A stretch of 64,000 bases of DNA from Spirochaetota bacterium (GTDB lineage: Bacteria; Spirochaetota; UBA6919; CBDBPB01). The stretch spans positions 220,854-284,853 of the forward strand of contig CBDBPB010000006.1 of the NCBI GenBank assembly GCA_965208615.1, read 5' to 3'. Each line of letters opens with the position of its first letter. Position 1 is the first letter of the stretch. The notes beneath the pieces are model-generated. The model saw nothing but the letters and a program-made list of their open reading frames with translations, searched no databases and was not told where the DNA came from. This document shows, piece after piece, positions 60,125 to 64,000 of this stretch. Position numbers and translations under genes: made by a program.

Positions 60125-62884
60125 CTATTTATAATAAAAATAATTACAACAACTACTAAAATAACAATATGAACAACTAATACCAGGATTAGGTGAAAAA
60201 TCCTTTTCCATAACCCTATTAAAAATATTAGATATATCTAAACTCATTCTATTAATCTTATCCAAATTAATAGAATAGTCAATAATTTTATTCTCGAGTA
60301 AGTTATGAACTTTTATAGAAGAGACTAAGTTATCATTTCCCTCATTCTCCATGTTATATGCACAAGCATAAGTTAAAAGTTGATCCTCTGTAAAATCATC
60401 TATTTTACCAGTCTTAAAATCAATAATATCAACCATATTACGTTCATTTTTAAGTATAAGGTCAATACTACCAGTAAGCCTGTTATTCCCAAAGAATACC
60501 TCAAAATTCTTTTCTACGGCATATATCCTATCAAACTTACTAGAGTGATCTTCCATATAGCCTAATAACATATTCCTTCCCATATCCATAAAGCCAGAGC
60601 CTAAACCATAAAACTCTATCTGCTCACTAAGCATACTCAAAATAAGATTCTCTGATAAAGAATGACTAACAGACCGATGTAATCTCTCTAAAACCCTATG
60701 AATAATATTACCAAATACCGCACTTTCATTACTAGGAGTTTTAAAGCCATATACATACTCAAAACAATATCTCAATGGACAACTTAAATAACAATTTATT
60801 GCAGTATATGTTAAAGTTATACTATTAAATACCTCAATATTTTTCTTATCATTATACTTGTTTAAATAAAGCTCATCCCAATTAAAACTATTAATGACAT
60901 TATCATCAATAGCCTTTTTCAATACAGAGTTAAGAGGATTTATATTATTAAACTTATCCCTCTTGGAATAAGCTAAAAATAAATAATCCTTTGCCCTAGT
61001 AATTCCTACATAAAAAAGCCTAAGCTGGTTAGTATAACTAGCCTTATAATTCAATAACTCATCAGGTATAGTAAAATAACCCTTCCACTCTTTATCAGTA
61101 TTAAACTCGCATAAAAATACTATTTTATATTCTAGTCCTTTTGCATTATGAATTGTTGATATGTGTACGCTATTTTTATTATTATCAGGGATTAGCTCTT
61201 CAAGACTACGCTTTTTTCTTAAAATATCAAGGGTTTTTACAAATGCTGATAGTGAATTACCCCCTAATAACTCATAAGACTGGGCAAGAGATGTCATATA
61301 TGCTAACTGATAAAAAGTATTTTCATCGTTATTATTAATAAGTTTAGTGAATAGATCAAACAGCTCAAAAATGTTATATAAAATGGATAATATAGTATAG
61401 TTAGTAGTTTTTATGTTATTAGCTGTATTATAAAACATATTCAACTTTTCTATATCTCTTTTATCAGTTATTCCATCCAGGGGCTTAATAGAATAAATAC
61501 TGTCAAAAGATTTATTCATAATAATTTCGTAGGAGTTATCAGATAAGTTTAAACTGTCTAAAATAAAATGAAGTTCTTCATTGTTTATATTGCTTTTTAG
61601 AAAAATAATTAATAACTCTAAAACACTTCTCACATCTGTATTATCAAAATAACATCCGCTTCTATAAATAGTACTAGGGATATTGTTATTATCAAAAACT
61701 GCTTTATAGCCTTTTCCTATAAAGTCCCACCTAACACTAGAAAATAAAACTATGACTTCTGAATAAGATGAAATAGTTCCCTTATTAACAAGCCTTTTTA
61801 TAAGATCGCAAATCAATTTAGCAGTATCAGAATAAGAATTACCCTCAATAAGCATAACCTTAGAACCACAATCCCTTTTGGATACAATGTTTTTAGGCAT
61901 TCTATCACCACTATTCTTTATAATAGAATTAGAAAAGCCTACAATGTTTTTAGTAGATCTAAAGTTATCCTCAATAAAAACTGTTTTAACATTATCAAAA
62001 TTATTAGCAAAACTTAATATATTATCAACACTAGCACCCCTAAATTGGTATATAGCTTGATCATCATCCCCTACAGCACATATTTTTGTTTTACCGCTAA
62101 GCAAAAGTTTAAATATCTCATTTTGAATGTAGCTTGTATCCTGAAACTCATCCACTAATATATACTTATACCTTTTCTGTAAGGCATCTCTCACTTTTTT
62201 ATTGTCTTTTATTAAATTGTATACTAGCTTTAAAGCCTGTGAGTGATCCAGCCATCTATTTTCACCCATAAACCTACGATAGTTGTCGAATATCTTATAT
62301 ATTTGTCCATCATTAAGCCTAGGTATTAAATTAGGGTTTAAATTAAAAGTTAGTCTATTAGCTCCACCCTTCTCTATATATTTATATATATCCCTTCTGT
62401 CAATAAGGTTTTCGTTAAGAGAGTTAAACAAACCAAGTAAATGAAAAATGTATTTTTGAAATACTCCCTCATTAGAAAAAGAATCTGCTAAACCGCTAAT
62501 ATCATTATACCGTTCCAATAACAAAAACTTTTGGGTAATATCATTTAGTAATACAAATTCTTTTTTAAAGTCAATAAGATGTGAAAAATCCCTTAACACA
62601 CTATTACAAAAGCTATTTATAGTATATACCTCTAAGTGATGAGGAGGAGTTTTACAGTGATAGGCCGCTCTAAGCCTTAACTCATTAGTAGCCTTGTTTG
62701 TAAAAGTAGTAATAAGAATATCGGAGGCATTATAACCTAAACTAATAAGATGTGCAACTTTATGAGCAATAATGTTAGTTTTTCCAGTACCAGGGCCGGA
62801 TATAACTAAAAGATTATGATCAACATCAGTAATAGCCTTAAGTTGGTTTTCTGTAACGCTAAACTTAAGCTTTTGTTTAGTCAT
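60125..62884 (-). CDS. UvrD/PcrA-family helicase fused to a PD-(D/E)XK nuclease with an Fe-S cysteine motif
   Basis: GPGTGKT, TFTNKA, VDEFQD, GDDDQAIYQFRGA, NFRS, TIH.AKGLE, RLFYV.ITRA; C-terminal CP.RY, G.IDL, IDFKTG, QL..Y, CSYC.F..CC. Confidence 0.9.
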   Translation of the reverse strand: MTKQKLKFSVTENQLKAITDVDHNLLVISGPGTGKTNIIAHKVAHLISLGYNASDILITTFTNKATNELRLRAAYHCKTPPHHLEVYTINSFCNSVLRDFSHLIDFKKEFVLLNDITQKFLLLERYNDISGLADSFSNEGVFQKYIFHLLGLFNSLNENLIDRRDIYKYIEKGGANRLTFNLNPNLIPRLNDGQIYKIFDNYRRFMGENRWLDHSQALKLVYNLIKDNKKVRDALQKRYKYILVDEFQDTSYIQNEIFKLLLSGKTKICAVGDDDQAIYQFRGASVDNILSFANNFDNVKTVFIEDNFRSTKNIVGFSNSIIKNSGDRMPKNIVSKRDCGSKVMLIEGNSYSDTAKLICDLIKRLVNKGTISSYSEVIVLFSSVRWDFIGKGYKAVFDNNNIPSTIYRSGCYFDNTDVRSVLELLIIFLKSNINNEELHFILDSLNLSDNSYEIIMNKSFDSIYSIKPLDGITDKRDIEKLNMFYNTANNIKTTNYTILSILYNIFELFDLFTKLINNNDENTFYQLAYMTSLAQSYELLGGNSLSAFVKTLDILRKKRSLEELIPDNNKNSVHISTIHNAKGLEYKIVFLCEFNTDKEWKGYFTIPDELLNYKASYTNQLRLFYVGITRAKDYLFLAYSKRDKFNNINPLNSVLKKAIDDNVINSFNWDELYLNKYNDKKNIEVFNSITLTYTAINCYLSCPLRYCFEYVYGFKTPSNESAVFGNIIHRVLERLHRSVSHSLSENLILSMLSEQIEFYGLGSGFMDMGRNMLLGYMEDHSSKFDRIYAVEKNFEVFFGNNRLTGSIDLILKNERNMVDIIDFKTGKIDDFTEDQLLTYACAYNMENEGNDNLVSSIKVHNLLENKIIDYSINLDKINRMSLDISNIFNRVMEKDFSPNPGISCSYCYFSSCCNYFYYK

Positions 62885-62886
62885 AA

Positions 62887-63729
62887 TTATCTCTTTTTAG
62901 AATATTTGTCAATCTCTTTATAACTATAGCCCATTTTTCTTAATGCTTCTCTAGCCTCCTTTCTTACATTACCACTATTGTCCTTCACAAAAGCATATAC
63001 CAATGGTTTTACAGCTCTTTTATCCTTAATTCTTCCCAATGCCCATGCGGCCATCTCTCTGGTATCTGGATTATGATCCTCTAAAGCCATAATTAAAAAA
63101 GGAACAGCTTTTTTACTCTTAAGCCTTCCCAGGGCACCAACCACGTGGAGTCTTACATAATTACTATCATCACCAAACTTTTTAATAAGGGGATTTATAG
63201 CCCTACTATCTCCTAATATACCAAGAACTTTTGCACTAGCACCTCTAACTTTCCAATGTCTATCATTTAAAGACTTTAATATATAGTCAAGCGTATTTTT
63301 ATCCCCAATATCTCCCAAAGCCTCAACGCAACTAGCCCTAACTAAGGAGTTCTTATCCCCTCTAAGACAGCTAATAAGAGCAGGAATAGAGCTTTTTAAT
63401 CCAATCTTCCCCAAAGCCTGCACACATGATATCCTAATATGATAGTTTTTATTTTTTAATGCACCTATAAGGCTGGGTATCGCTAGTCTATCCAGTTTTA
63501 TGAGGGATTTCTTAGCATAATATCTAACTAGATAGTCTTTAGAGGATAATACTTTTATTAAGTGCTTAACAACTATAGCATTTCTATACTCACCCAGCTT
63601 TTGAACAGCTATACGCTTCATTTCAATAGAGCCTTCATTAATATATTTAATATATTTGGCTAGATTATCGTTCTTAGGGTATGCTATGTTAAAAAGAAAA
63701 AAGAATAAAATATATATTAAATACCTCAT
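62887..63729 (-). CDS. HEAT/PBS-lyase repeat protein with signal peptide
   Basis: Repeated L.D....VR..A..ALG.I units; ATG 63729 preceded by GGGGAGAGGG (the ORF extends to 63741). Confidence 0.9.
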   Translation of the reverse strand: MRYLIYILFFFLFNIAYPKNDNLAKYIKYINEGSIEMKRIAVQKLGEYRNAIVVKHLIKVLSSKDYLVRYYAKKSLIKLDRLAIPSLIGALKNKNYHIRISCVQALGKIGLKSSIPALISCLRGDKNSLVRASCVEALGDIGDKNTLDYILKSLNDRHWKVRGASAKVLGILGDSRAINPLIKKFGDDSNYVRLHVVGALGRLKSKKAVPFLIMALEDHNPDTREMAAWALGRIKDKRAVKPLVYAFVKDNSGNVRKEAREALRKMGYSYKEIDKYSKKR

Positions 63730-63787
63730 CCCTCTCCCCAACGTAGTGTTATAAATAAGGCCTTAGAAGTTGACAATTTTTATTATA

Positions 63788-64000
63788 CTATTCTTTATCA
63801 CTTAGCTCTCCCTCAGCAAGCTGGGGAAGTTTGGGGTGAATTTTTCTTTCTAATAAGATTCCATCTTTATTATATTTTTCTTCGATAAATTGCTCTTTAT
63901 TATTTACTTTATAGGTGATATAAAACGTAAGTGTTTTATCAGTATCGGTTTTAAATCTTTCATATTTCTTTAAATATCTTATGAATACTTTTTTATTTCC
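63788..64000 (-). CDS. 3' end of a hypothetical protein (5' end off-window)
   Basis: Open frame from the window edge: GNKKVFIRYLKK...EEKYNKDGILLERKIHPKLPQLAEGELSDKE*, TAG at 63790-63788. Confidence 0.6.
   Translation of the reverse strand, partial: GNKKVFIRYLKKYERFKTDTDKTLTFYITYKVNNKEQFIEEKYNKDGILLERKIHPKLPQLAEGELSDKE

Noticed and set aside
63799-63838. GC-rich hairpin containing TGA, suggesting a REP element or a Cys-Sec C-terminus
   Set aside because: The open frame reads through as IHPKLPQLAEGELSDKE and the TGA is out of frame. It is a single copy in the window, explained by coding sequence.
1-64000. Alternative genetic code or stop-codon reassignment
   Set aside because: Core genes are full length in code 11 and end in TAA, TAG and TGA. 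The three broken genes are frameshifts, not in-frame stops.

Overview
Strongly AT-rich bacterial chromosome segment, densely coding, with most genes on the minus strand. It is most likely from a free-living Spirochaetota lineage (inferred from a Leptospira-like CimA and STAS protein, aspS-phoH-ybeY-recO order, spirochaete-style lipoboxes, an MCP tip with AAHAG..GKGF and a DUF5312-like protein). Content is mostly core metabolism: bioB, aspS, pheT, two-subunit fumarase, korAB, gltA, leuB, cimA, purMDE, metK, gpmA and nadABC. It also carries chemotaxis/flagellar genes (cheB, cheY, an MCP, a Maf glycosyltransferase), two ABC-2 systems, an M16 peptidase pair and a UvrD-nuclease fusion. I saw no rRNA, tRNA, CRISPR array, IS or prophage. 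Highlights: (1) a KorAB resembling the CO2-fixing Hydrogenobacter/Magnetococcus enzymes, followed by a pentapeptide-repeat gene; (2) an STAS-metK-cheY-3TM MCP-CHAT run with a structured ~260-nt leader, where the CHAT catalytic His is replaced by Gln; (3) sigma28-like promoters in front of two uncharacterised exported proteins; (4) a lipid-anchored monohaem cytochrome c on a tandem-repeat tether; (5) a 45-aa lipoprotein missed by the ORF track that heads the fumarase operon; (6) three homopolymer frameshifts in the first 6 kb, probably assembly errors. All family assignments come from motif recognition, not database searches.
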